Positions 29,763-38,432 of a stretch of DNA of 64,000 bases are shown piece by piece. The position numbers were made by a program, and so were the translations under genes. The stretch comes from Desulfobulbus propionicus (GTDB lineage: Bacteria; Desulfobacterota; Desulfobulbia; Desulfobulbales; Desulfobulbaceae): positions 25,204 through 89,203 of the forward strand of contig PDQK01000027.1 in NCBI GenBank assembly GCA_002746685.1, in the 5' to 3' direction. The notes beneath the pieces are model-generated. The model made no database searches. It was not told the origin of the DNA and was given only the letters and a program-made list of their open reading frames with translations. Numbering within the stretch: position 1 is the stretch's first letter; each line of letters begins with the position of its first letter.

Positions 29763-30875
29763 ATGAGAAAAAATGTACTGCTTGCTCTTGCTGGACTTAC
29801 CTTACTCGTTTTAGCAAGCACCACCCATGCAGCCAGAATTAAAGATTTGGCTGATATCGAAGGTGTACGGCCCAACCAGCTCATGGGCTATGGCATTGTG
29901 ATTGGTCTAAATGGCACTGGCGACGATATCAAGAAATCGGTCTTTACCAGGCAAGCCATCATGAACATGATCAAGCGGATGGGTATGGGAATCACCGACA
30001 GCACCTTTAATTCGATGAAAACCGATAACGTGGCCGCAGTGATGGTTACGGCTGAGCTGCCTCCGTTCGTTCGTCCAGGTTCAAAAATCGATATCCATGT
30101 AGCCTCCATTGGCGATGCATCCAGCTTATCTGGGGGCAACCTCCTGATGACTCCACTTAAAGCAGCAAACGGGAAAACCTATGCCATAGCCCAGGGTCCC
30201 TTGGCAGTTGGTGGTATTTCCTATGGAGGCAAGGCAGCTGAGGTGCAGAAAAATTTTCCCACTGCAGCGCGTATAGCGGGGGGGGCTATTGTTGAGCGGA
30301 GTGTTGATTACAACCTGCCTAAATCAGGCAAGCTGCTCTTTCAACTCAAGGAAACCGACTTCACCACAGCCACCAGAATGACCGATGCTATCAATGATCG
30401 TTTTGGTGCTCACACAGCCACATCGCTGGATTCCACCTCCATTCGGGTGGTCAAGCCGCAAGAATATCCTGGCAATCTGGTCAGTTTCATTGCTGACGTG
30501 GAAAATATTGACATCCAACCAGACATTCCAGCACGTATTGTGGTCAATGAACGCACCGGAACCATTGTTATGGGCCAGGATGTTCGTATTGCAACAGTTG
30601 CGGTTTCCCATGGTAACCTGAACCTGGTCATCTCGGAAGCCACTGATGTTACTCAACCCAACCCGCTGGCTGAAGGGCAAACTGTAGCAGCACCACGAAC
30701 CACCATTGAAACGGTGGAAGAAGATGGTAACCTGGTTGTACTTGAGATGGGAGTAAACATTGGGGAAATAGCTAAAGCACTGAATGCCATTGGCGCTACT
30801 CCACGGGATCTCATCGCCATCTTCCAGGCCATCAAGGCTGCTGGAGCCCTCCAGGGTGAGCTGGTCATTTTATAA
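29763..30875 (+). CDS. flgI: P-ring protein FlgI
   Basis: RIKDL...GVRPNQL.GYG.V.GL.GTGD, NERTGTIV, AIKAAGAL; start at ATG 29763. Confidence 0.97.
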   Translation: MRKNVLLALAGLTLLVLASTTHAARIKDLADIEGVRPNQLMGYGIVIGLNGTGDDIKKSVFTRQAIMNMIKRMGMGITDSTFNSMKTDNVAAVMVTAELPPFVRPGSKIDIHVASIGDASSLSGGNLLMTPLKAANGKTYAIAQGPLAVGGISYGGKAAEVQKNFPTAARIAGGAIVERSVDYNLPKSGKLLFQLKETDFTTATRMTDAINDRFGAHTATSLDSTSIRVVKPQEYPGNLVSFIADVENIDIQPDIPARIVVNERTGTIVMGQDVRIATVAVSHGNLNLVISEATDVTQPNPLAEGQTVAAPRTTIETVEEDGNLVVLEMGVNIGEIAKALNAIGATPRDLIAIFQAIKAAGALQGELVIL

Positions 30876-30893
30876 CCAAAATCAGGCTCTATC

Positions 30894-31220
30894 ATGAATA
30901 CTCTCATCGACCCAATCACAGTTTCCCAAATTCAGCAACACGCTGACCCCACCCAGGCAAAGGGTATCAACCCCAAAGACCAACAGGCCATGCAAGAGGC
31001 CAGTAAGGACTTTGAGGCCGTATTTATCCAGTCGCTGCTCAAAGAGATGCGAAAATCAGTCCCGGAAAATACATTGTTTCCCAAATCCAATGCTCAAAAG
31101 ATGTACGAAGAGATGCAGGATGCTGAGCTTGCCCGGCACATGGCAAAGTATCAGAGCCTGGGACTGGCACAGCAGGTCTATCAACAGCTGGAAAAGTACC
31201 ATACGCCTTCTAAAAAATAA
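30894..31220 (+). CDS. flgJ: Rod-capping FlgJ (rod-binding domain only, no muramidase)
   Basis: FEAVFIQSLLKEMRKSVP, LGLAQQVYQQL. Confidence 0.9.
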   Translation: MNTLIDPITVSQIQQHADPTQAKGINPKDQQAMQEASKDFEAVFIQSLLKEMRKSVPENTLFPKSNAQKMYEEMQDAELARHMAKYQSLGLAQQVYQQLEKYHTPSKK

Positions 31221-31255
31221 TGTTTACTTTTTTTTAAAAAAAAGTGTTTTCTCTA

Positions 31256-31283
31256 TAAAGTTTTCCCCTCCTCCTGCCGAATA
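31256..31283 (+). promoter_or_regulatory. Sigma28 promoter
   Basis: TAAA-N16-GCCGAATA. Confidence 0.75.
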
Positions 31284-31359
31284 GAGCAGTAACAGAAAGA
31301 AATTTTTCTGTACAAATGGCCACGGAAAGCGCCGTAACTACTGCAGGGAGGCAGGAAAA

Positions 31360-31920
31360 ATGGTAAATAGCGTCAACCACAATCAGCTGTATTCTTCGAT
31401 TTACTCGCAGCAATCGTCTCGTCTGGAAGGTACGCTTTCCAGGACAAGCGAAGGCAACAACCAAAGCAGCACCAGGGACACGGTGGCTTTAAAGAGTACA
31501 TCCACCCATGCAGCTATCTATTCCAGCAATATGTCTATCACGGGTAATAGCTGGAAGTACGGCGCGCTACAAAGCCTGGTAGCCGACCTGCTGAAACAGC
31601 AAGGCATTGATACCAAAGTTCAGATTGGCGATACAGTAGTTGATATCGCCGGTGTAACCCCGGAAGAAGCGCAAGAACTGATCGCTGACGATGGGTACTT
31701 TGGCGTCGAAAAGACCTCAGAGCGCATTTTCCAGTTTGCAGTGGGAATTGCCGGTGGAGATCCATCTCGCATAGATGCCATTAAAGAAGGCATTGACAAA
31801 GGGTTTAATACAGCACTTGAAGCCTTTAACGGATGGTTACCGGATATTTCCTATGATACGTATGATGCAGTAATGGAAAAGCTTGATAACTGGGTGTCAG
31901 AGCCTGAAAGCGTGGTTTGA
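31360..31920 (+). CDS. Conserved hypothetical flagellar-regulon protein (DUF5610-like)
   Basis: S/T/Q-rich N-terminus; TPEEAQELIADDGYFGVEKTSERIFQFA...LPDISYDTYDAVM motif. Confidence 0.65.
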   Translation: MVNSVNHNQLYSSIYSQQSSRLEGTLSRTSEGNNQSSTRDTVALKSTSTHAAIYSSNMSITGNSWKYGALQSLVADLLKQQGIDTKVQIGDTVVDIAGVTPEEAQELIADDGYFGVEKTSERIFQFAVGIAGGDPSRIDAIKEGIDKGFNTALEAFNGWLPDISYDTYDAVMEKLDNWVSEPESVV

Positions 31921-31945
31921 TACATTGTAACTACAGGTGAACGTG

Positions 31946-32239
31946 ATGACTGTGGAATTTTTTGGAGTTAAAGGGATGGCTCAAATAGGCGGGGTCAAGG
32001 TCAACAAGACTACAGGTCCCGGAAGTGCTAACAAAGCTGGGAAGACAGAAGGTGCCCACGGTGCATCATTCTCTTCTACCCTTGAAGGTGCCGCCAAGGC
32101 ACAGGCAGGCAGCATGGAAAAGACAGAACGTGCCGCGCGGGTTGAAGAACTGAAAGCTCAGGTTGCCAATGGTACCTATGAACCGGATCTCAATAAAGTT
32201 GCTTCCAGTCTGCTTCAGTACTTGGTGGAAGGCAATTAA
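31946..32239 (+). CDS. flgM: Anti-sigma28 factor FlgM
   Basis: RAARVEELKAQVANGTYEPDLNKVA; start approximate. Confidence 0.9.
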   Translation: MTVEFFGVKGMAQIGGVKVNKTTGPGSANKAGKTEGAHGASFSSTLEGAAKAQAGSMEKTERAARVEELKAQVANGTYEPDLNKVASSLLQYLVEGN

Positions 32240-32251
32240 GGGAGCCCATCA

Positions 32252-32605
32252 ATGACCCGTAAAAATGTTCAGGAATTGCTTGCTCAGCTTCGCCAGGTAA
32301 TCATCAACGAGCGCGAGCACGCTAAGCAACTCAACATCAAGGCAATGCAAAATGATATGGCACAGAAGACCGCCATCATCAATGCACTTGATGCCATTGA
32401 GCAGCTGCATCCTGAAGATGAACAACTTGCACGGGAAATACGTGAAGAAAACCGGCGCAATGCTTACCTGTTTCGCGCCACATTACAATGGATTCGCGAA
32501 ACCATGGAGTTCTTTGGTAAAAAGACTGTACCGACCACCTACGGCCATACCGGAGCAACCAAAAACAGCACGATTAACGGCAGACTGCTTTCCGGTCGTA
32601 TTTAG
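32252..32605 (+). CDS. flgN: Export chaperone FlgN
   Basis: Helical, ENRRNAYL, C-terminal TYG; between flgM and flgK. Confidence 0.8.
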   Translation: MTRKNVQELLAQLRQVIINEREHAKQLNIKAMQNDMAQKTAIINALDAIEQLHPEDEQLAREIREENRRNAYLFRATLQWIRETMEFFGKKTVPTTYGHTGATKNSTINGRLLSGRI

Positions 32606-32701
32606 CTCCTCATCTTCAACGTGCTTGTTGCAGTTTTCTCTGACTGCATTTTTTCCTTTTCTCCCCTACTTTTCCTGTATTTCTTTTTGTCCCCCCTTTC
32701 C

Positions 32702-32729
32702 TAAACTTTTTTAAACCAACTTCCGATAG
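32702..32729 (+). promoter_or_regulatory. Sigma28 promoter upstream of flgK
   Basis: TAAA-N16-TCCGATAG. Confidence 0.65.
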
Positions 32730-32892
32730 AGAGAAAAGAACTATCTTCGACCTCCAGGGACGGTTTAGGTCATGAGGGTGTTTTACATAACGCTACTCTT
32801 CAATCTGACTCAATTAGCCTCAATTGTATCAGTCAGAGGGATGCATTATGTACAACAACTGCTACTTAAAACCATCACACGGACGATCCATC

Positions 32893-34296
32893 ATGGCAGG
32901 ACTGCTCGACGCACTCAACGCTGGTAAAACCAGCCTCAGCACCAATCAAAAATCCATAGAAATCATAGGGAACAACGTAGCCAACGTTAATACCGAAGGG
33001 TATTCGCGTCAACGAGCCGAGTTGATGCAGATCCCTGCAGTCAACTTTGGGGATTTCTTTATCGGCCAGGGGGTCAGCGTTTCAGATGTAAGCCGCGACT
33101 ACAGTTCTTTTATTACCCGCCAACTTCAGGAAGCATCCATCGAATATGGTGAAGAAGCCGGACGTTCCAACTCGCTTTCTGAACTGGAGCGTGTGTTCTC
33201 CGTTGCCGAGGATAACCTGGCAAAGGAGATCGATGGTTTTTTTGATGCCTGGCAAGAGTTGTCCACTAATCCAAGCGGAGCAGTAGAACGTGATATCGTT
33301 GTACAGCGTGGCAACCTTCTCGGGGACGCGTTCAAAAAGATCGGGGATGAGCTGAACACCATTATTGAAAACCTGAACACTGAGATTGTAGGTAAAGTTG
33401 AATTTTTAAATGAACAGATTACTGAGATTGCGAACTTGAACGAACGTATCCACCAGGTGGAAATCTCTGGGCAGACCGCTAATTCCGCCAGGGATCAGCG
33501 GGATGTAATTGTTCAGGATTTATCGAAAGCCCTGGGGATACAAACCTATACGGATAACAACGGGATGCTGGCAGTACAGTTACCTGGCGGCCTGCCGCTT
33601 GTACAGGGTAACGTGGCCATGCAACTTAACGCTGTTACCGTTGGCACCAACGTGGAACTCCAGCTCGAAATCGCTGGTATCACTACAGAAATCAACCGCA
33701 CCCAGCTTGGTGGAGAGATGCGTGGTCTTTATGAAATGCGGGATGTGTTCATTGGTGACCTTTACACAAACCTGGACACCCTGGCCATTGAACTGACCGA
33801 CTCCGTCAACCAACTGCACCAAACCGGTTTTTATACAGATCCAGCAACCGGATTGCAAGCAACCGGCCAGCTTTTCTTTAACGACATCACTGCGTTGCCG
33901 GTAGACCAGCGAGCCAGCCGGGCTATTGCTGTTGCCTTTACCAACTCCAGCTATGTTGCAGCAGGAGGAAGTTCCAACGCACCCGGTGACAACCAGATAG
34001 CGTTGAATATTGCTGCTCTGGAAACCCAGGAAGTAGTGAACAGCATAGATACGTACGACTCTTTTTTCAGTAAAATGGTCGCCACCGTTGGTATTGAGTC
34101 AAGCCGTAACGACCTTGCTCTTAAAGGCGCTGAGGATACAAAAATCCAGCTCCAGAACCTGCGTGACGGCTATTCAGGTGTTTCCCTGGAAGAAGAGATG
34201 ATCGATCTGATCCAGTACCAGCGCGGCTTTGAATCCTCGGCCAAATTCCTTTCCACCATCGATGAAATGATGAACGCCCTCCTCCAGATGAGGTAA
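32893..34296 (+). CDS. flgK: Hook-associated protein FlgK
   Basis: NNVANVNTEGYSRQ, RDQRD, SGVSLEEEM; start set at MAGLL. Confidence 0.95.
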   Translation: MAGLLDALNAGKTSLSTNQKSIEIIGNNVANVNTEGYSRQRAELMQIPAVNFGDFFIGQGVSVSDVSRDYSSFITRQLQEASIEYGEEAGRSNSLSELERVFSVAEDNLAKEIDGFFDAWQELSTNPSGAVERDIVVQRGNLLGDAFKKIGDELNTIIENLNTEIVGKVEFLNEQITEIANLNERIHQVEISGQTANSARDQRDVIVQDLSKALGIQTYTDNNGMLAVQLPGGLPLVQGNVAMQLNAVTVGTNVELQLEIAGITTEINRTQLGGEMRGLYEMRDVFIGDLYTNLDTLAIELTDSVNQLHQTGFYTDPATGLQATGQLFFNDITALPVDQRASRAIAVAFTNSSYVAAGGSSNAPGDNQIALNIAALETQEVVNSIDTYDSFFSKMVATVGIESSRNDLALKGAEDTKIQLQNLRDGYSGVSLEEEMIDLIQYQRGFESSAKFLSTIDEMMNALLQMR

Positions 34297-34301
34297 CAGA
34301 G

Positions 34302-35303
34302 ATGAAAGCAACCCAAGGCACCACCTATAATATGCTGGGCAGCAGACTGAACTCTGTTGCACTGGAACTGGAAAATCTGCGCTCCATAGGGGCCACCGGG
34401 AAAAAACTCCAGGTCGCCTCCGATGATCCGGCCGCTGTCCGCCCTGTGCTGAACACCCGCAAGCAGATCAGCAACATTGATCGTTACGTGGAAACAATGG
34501 GTAACGCTTCTGATATCATGGGTGCCACCGATGGTAATCTGGAGCACGTGGAAAACATCATGCAGCGCGCAGAAGAGATCATGGTCAACGCCATTAACGG
34601 TTCACTCAACGATGAAGATCGTGAGACCCTGGCCAATGAGCTGGATCAACTCACCGATGAGCTTCTTGACGCAGCGAATGCAAACATCGATGGAAAGTAT
34701 ATTTTTGCTGGCTACCAGGAAGACACCAAACCCTTTGTATACAATACCGCCTATGATCCAGCCTTGTATGATCCCAATGACCATCGGACCTGGCCGGTGT
34801 TGTACAATGGCGATGATAATGCCACAGAACTGGAAATAGCTACCAATGAGCGCCTGGAGGTCAATCTGACCGGTAACCGACTGTTTCTAGGAACTTCTGT
34901 ATGGCGACAAGGGCCTTACGACGCGACCGACCCTGATCCCAACAACGACCCCAACGCCATTGAGTCAGGCATGTACAACCTTTTTACCGAACTCACCCAG
35001 GCTGCAGAAGCAATCCGGGCAGATAATGATACGGAAATGCAAACGGCTCTTGATGATCTTCAAGGTGCTGCAGAACAAAGCCGTCGGCTTCGATCCCAGT
35101 TAGGTAACCGTGCTGCCAGGGTGGAGAGCGCCATGGTCTATCAGGAAAACGTAAAGGTCGACCTGCAACAGATCCTCTCCCGCTACGAAGATGCCGATGC
35201 CATAGAAGTTTTCAATGACATTGTGCAACAGGAAACAGCTTTTCAGGCAGCGCTTTCGATAACCGGAAAAGTTTCAGCCCTTTCTATTCTGGATTACATC
35301 TAA
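34302..35303 (+). CDS. flgL: Hook-associated protein FlgL
   Basis: TGKKLQVASDDPAA, GKYIFAG, LSILDYI. Confidence 0.95.
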   Translation: MKATQGTTYNMLGSRLNSVALELENLRSIGATGKKLQVASDDPAAVRPVLNTRKQISNIDRYVETMGNASDIMGATDGNLEHVENIMQRAEEIMVNAINGSLNDEDRETLANELDQLTDELLDAANANIDGKYIFAGYQEDTKPFVYNTAYDPALYDPNDHRTWPVLYNGDDNATELEIATNERLEVNLTGNRLFLGTSVWRQGPYDATDPDPNNDPNAIESGMYNLFTELTQAAEAIRADNDTEMQTALDDLQGAAEQSRRLRSQLGNRAARVESAMVYQENVKVDLQQILSRYEDADAIEVFNDIVQQETAFQAALSITGKVSALSILDYI

Positions 35304-35523
35304 GCTCAATCCCCCATGACTTTTTCAAAAAAGTATGAGCGGCTAGAGCATAGTCGTAGAACCAATTAAAAATACTTGATTTTTCACCCTCCATCTATGA
35401 TACTCATCATATGGGCTCAATTATCTTCAGGGTATGCTGGAGAAAGCACAGCCTTGGAGCATGGCTTTTTTCACGTAACAGTTAATTCACGGTTGTCAAC
35501 CGTATAAAATTCCAGGTGGCTAA

Positions 35524-35766
35524 ATGCTGGTACTGACCAGAAAAGCTGGTGAAGGCATTGTCGTTGGCGACAACATCACCATCAAAATCATCGAGTTAAA
35601 AAGCGGCGGTGTTCGGATTGGGATAGATGCCCCCCGAGAGACCAAAATCTATCGCCAGGAAGTGTACGATCGTATTCGTCAAGAAAATATAGAAGCAGCG
35701 AAATGGGATATTGCTGATCTGGATATCCTCAGTGATCAGCTCGAAAACAGGAAAATGAAAAAATGA
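35524..35766 (+). CDS. csrA: Translational repressor CsrA (FliW-regulated type)
   Basis: MLVLTRK.GE.I..GD, VRIGIDAP..IYRQE; C-terminal extension with EN. Confidence 0.97.
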   Translation: MLVLTRKAGEGIVVGDNITIKIIELKSGGVRIGIDAPRETKIYRQEVYDRIRQENIEAAKWDIADLDILSDQLENRKMKK

Positions 35767-36191
35767 AAACAATACAGACTCGGTTTGGTGAGATAGAATT
35801 TGACCCCGCAAATGTCATCCATTTTCCAGAGGGGTTAATTGGACTTGAGCAGCTGCATGATTTCCTGGTTATCCCTAACGAAAAAAAAGGGCCGCTTTTC
35901 TGGATTCAATCTGTGGATGATCCCGACTTTGCCTTTCCTGTGACTGACCCGACAAACTTTTTTCTTGATTATGCTCTTGCTCCTGATGCTGATGAACGGG
36001 AAAAACTCCAGATCGGCGAGAACGACCCGTGTTTCGTTTTAACCATTGTCAGTGTAGGCGAAGACAAAAAGATTACCCTTAACCTTTCTGGCCCTATTTT
36101 ATATTCAGCAGAGACGCATCGCGCCCTCCAGGTCATTTTGGAAGATCCACGATTGAGTACCAAAACACCACTTCCCGAAATCGAAAAATAA
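35763..36191 (+). CDS. fliW: Flagellar assembly factor FliW
   Basis: TRFG, FPEGLIG, WIQSVDDP..F.VTDP, TLNL.GPI. Confidence 0.95.
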   Translation: MKTIQTRFGEIEFDPANVIHFPEGLIGLEQLHDFLVIPNEKKGPLFWIQSVDDPDFAFPVTDPTNFFLDYALAPDADEREKLQIGENDPCFVLTIVSVGEDKKITLNLSGPILYSAETHRALQVILEDPRLSTKTPLPEIEK

Positions 36192-36214
36192 TTTCTGTAA
36201 TTCCACTTTTCTGC

Positions 36215-36250
36215 AAGCCATTGTTTTTCTACGAGACAATGGCTTTTTTT
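36215..36250 (+). terminator. Rho-independent terminator after fliW
   Basis: AAGCCATTGTTT-loop-AGACAATGGCTT followed by a T run. Confidence 0.85.
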
Positions 36251-36271
36251 ATTTTTCCCTTGCTTTTTTGT

Positions 36272-36298
36272 TAAAGATTTCAACTTACATTCCGAAGA
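36272..36298 (+). promoter_or_regulatory. Sigma28 promoter of flagellin 1
   Basis: TAAA-N15-TCCGAAGA. Confidence 0.6.
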
Positions 36299-36407
36299 GT
36301 GTAGTGAGAGACAGTTAGACGCATTGAGAGAGCAGTTACGTTTGTATCGTTAGCCGAAGGATCAGTCAGTGGACGACCGATGGCTATACACATTCATGGA
36401 GGAAACC

Positions 36408-37898
36408 ATGGCTTTAACGATCAATACGAACGTAGCATCCCTTAATGCTCAACGTAACCTATCTTCTTCCCAAAACGACCTGAACACCTCTATGCAGAGA
36501 CTCTCTTCAGGTCTCCGTATCAACTCTGCAAAGGATGACGCTGCTGGTCTGGCTATTTCAGACCGTATGACATCCCAAATCAGAGGTCTCAACCAGGCCG
36601 CGCGTAATGCCAACGATGGAATCTCTTTAGCTCAAACAGCTGAAGGAGCCATGCAGGAGTCCACCAATATCCTGCAGCGTATCCGTGAACTGGCAGTGCA
36701 GGCAGCCAACGCAACCAACTCTGCAGCAGACCGTGCAGCACTTCAGGCAGAGGTTAACCAACTCAAAACCGAAATGAACCGGATAGCCCAGGCTACATCG
36801 TTTAACGGTTTAAATATTCTGGACGGTACCTTTGTTTCCCAGCAGTTCCAGGTTGGGGCCAATGCAAACGAAACCATTGGTTTTTCTATCCAGTCCATGG
36901 CAGCAGACGACCTGGGGCGATATTATGTCGATTCTATTAACCAGACCGCCAACCAAGGTACAGGCTCAACCACTGCTGCTGGGACTGCTGCTCCCACTGC
37001 AAATACCGTTGCCGGGCAAGACCTCACGGTCACAGGCTCCACCGGAAGCACTACAATCACCATTGGTGCAGGGGCAACAGCATGGGATATAGCCAGCCAG
37101 GTGACAAACGCTGCTGACAAAACAGGGGTAACAGCTACCGCGCGAACAGAAGTCTCCCTGTCAGGGCTTAGTGCCGATGGTGTTGTCACTTTAACTGTTG
37201 GTTCAGGTGGCAATACCGCTACAATCAATGCCTCCGTAACAACAACAGATCTCAGTGAATTAGCCACTGTTATAAATGACCAAAGTGGGACCACAGGTGT
37301 TACGGCAACTGTTGATGGTGGTACTATTAATCTGGTACAAGCTGACGGCAAAGACATCGTTTTAGCAAACTTTACCCACTCCGCCGCTACTACAACCATT
37401 GATGTCAAGAGTGCGGATAATCAAACCACAACTCTTACAACAGGTGGCAACGATTCCACCCGAGCCGCTGGGGTTGTCGAGTTCTCCTCAGAAGATTCGT
37501 ACACTCTTGCATCAAGTGTTGCAGCAGGTGCTGGAAGTATTCTGAATGTTGGGGCTGGCACATCTGTTATCTCACAATTCGAAGAGGTCACAGCTATAGA
37601 TATCAGCAATGTCCTGGGCGCAACGGATGCCTTAAAAATTGTTGATGCGGCCTTGAATAAAATTGACAGCCAAAGAGCTGATCTTGGTGCAATCCAAAAC
37701 CGGTTTGAATCCACCATCTCCAACCTGCAGAACGTATCGGAAAACCTCTCTGCGGCCCGCTCACGGATTCGTGATGCAGACATTGCCCAGGAAACCTCTG
37801 CAATGACTTCAGCGAATATCCTGCAACAGGCCGGGGTTTCTATCCTTACCCAGGCCAACCAGACTCCGCAGCTCGTGCTGCAGTTGCTCCAGGGATAA
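36408..37898 (+). CDS. fliC: Flagellin 1
   Basis: [39 protein letters not shown]; ATG 36408 after GGAGG. Confidence 0.97.
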   Translation: MALTINTNVASLNAQRNLSSSQNDLNTSMQRLSSGLRINSAKDDAAGLAISDRMTSQIRGLNQAARNANDGISLAQTAEGAMQESTNILQRIRELAVQAANATNSAADRAALQAEVNQLKTEMNRIAQATSFNGLNILDGTFVSQQFQVGANANETIGFSIQSMAADDLGRYYVDSINQTANQGTGSTTAAGTAAPTANTVAGQDLTVTGSTGSTTITIGAGATAWDIASQVTNAADKTGVTATARTEVSLSGLSADGVVTLTVGSGGNTATINASVTTTDLSELATVINDQSGTTGVTATVDGGTINLVQADGKDIVLANFTHSAATTTIDVKSADNQTTTLTTGGNDSTRAAGVVEFSSEDSYTLASSVAAGAGSILNVGAGTSVISQFEEVTAIDISNVLGATDALKIVDAALNKIDSQRADLGAIQNRFESTISNLQNVSENLSAARSRIRDADIAQETSAMTSANILQQAGVSILTQANQTPQLVLQLLQG

Positions 37899-37927
37899 TC
37901 AGCCTGTTCAGTCACGTACTTTCCATC

Positions 37928-37963
37928 ACCACACTCTGGGGAGTTTTCTTCCCGGAGTGTGGT
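37928..37963. other. 16-bp stem hairpin after flagellin 1 (no U tract)
   Basis: ACCACACTCTGGGGAG-TTTT-CTTCCCGGAGTGTGGT. Confidence 0.7.
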
Positions 37964-38207
37964 AAACGACGAGGTTTCAAGCAATGCAGATACTCTACTT
38001 CCGTCATCAACAATTCAATTCAGCTATCCGCGAGCCCAAAAATCAGGGTGGTGAACAGCTTCCGCTTCACCCAATGGCAAAACTGCAACAAAAAAAAGAT
38101 GTAGTAAGAGATGAATGTAACCAGCAAAATATTCAACGATTCCATGAGATTAGCAAAAGAGCATTTACTATTCTCAGCTCATGGCAATAAAAAAACAGAA
38201 AAAGAGC

Positions 38208-38235
38208 TAAAGAACGCCTCAATCAGTACCGATTA
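38208..38235 (+). promoter_or_regulatory. Sigma28 promoter of flagellin 2
   Basis: TAAA-N16-ACCGATTA. Confidence 0.7.
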
Positions 38236-38245
38236 AACGTACATG

Positions 38246-38431
38246 GGAAAAGGATTTTCCTGAAAAATAACCAAACGTGAAAATCATACAACTATACTCA
38301 ATCAGGAGGCGCTAATCAGCGAAAACAACAATTCAAAAAAATGTAAACAGTAAAACGCAGTACCAAAGTAATTAACCGGCAAGGATGCCACCTAGTACTT
38401 ATTTAGCCTAAACATATTCAAGGAGGAATAT
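38246..38431 (+). promoter_or_regulatory. CsrA-binding GGA hairpins in the flagellin 2 leader
   Basis: GGAAA-AGGAT-TTTCC (38246), GGCA-AGGA-TGCC (38378), ATATTC-AAGGAG-GAATAT over the SD (38414). Confidence 0.7.
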
Positions 38432-38432
38432 C

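Noticed and set aside
37984-38190. 68-aa ORF between the flagellins
   Set aside because: No family features and A-rich intergenic composition; cannot be supported, though not excluded
38236-38432. c-di-GMP riboswitch in the long flagellin or flgK leaders
   Set aside because: No GEMM-type GNRA loop/receptor architecture recognised; GGA hairpins explain the leaders better
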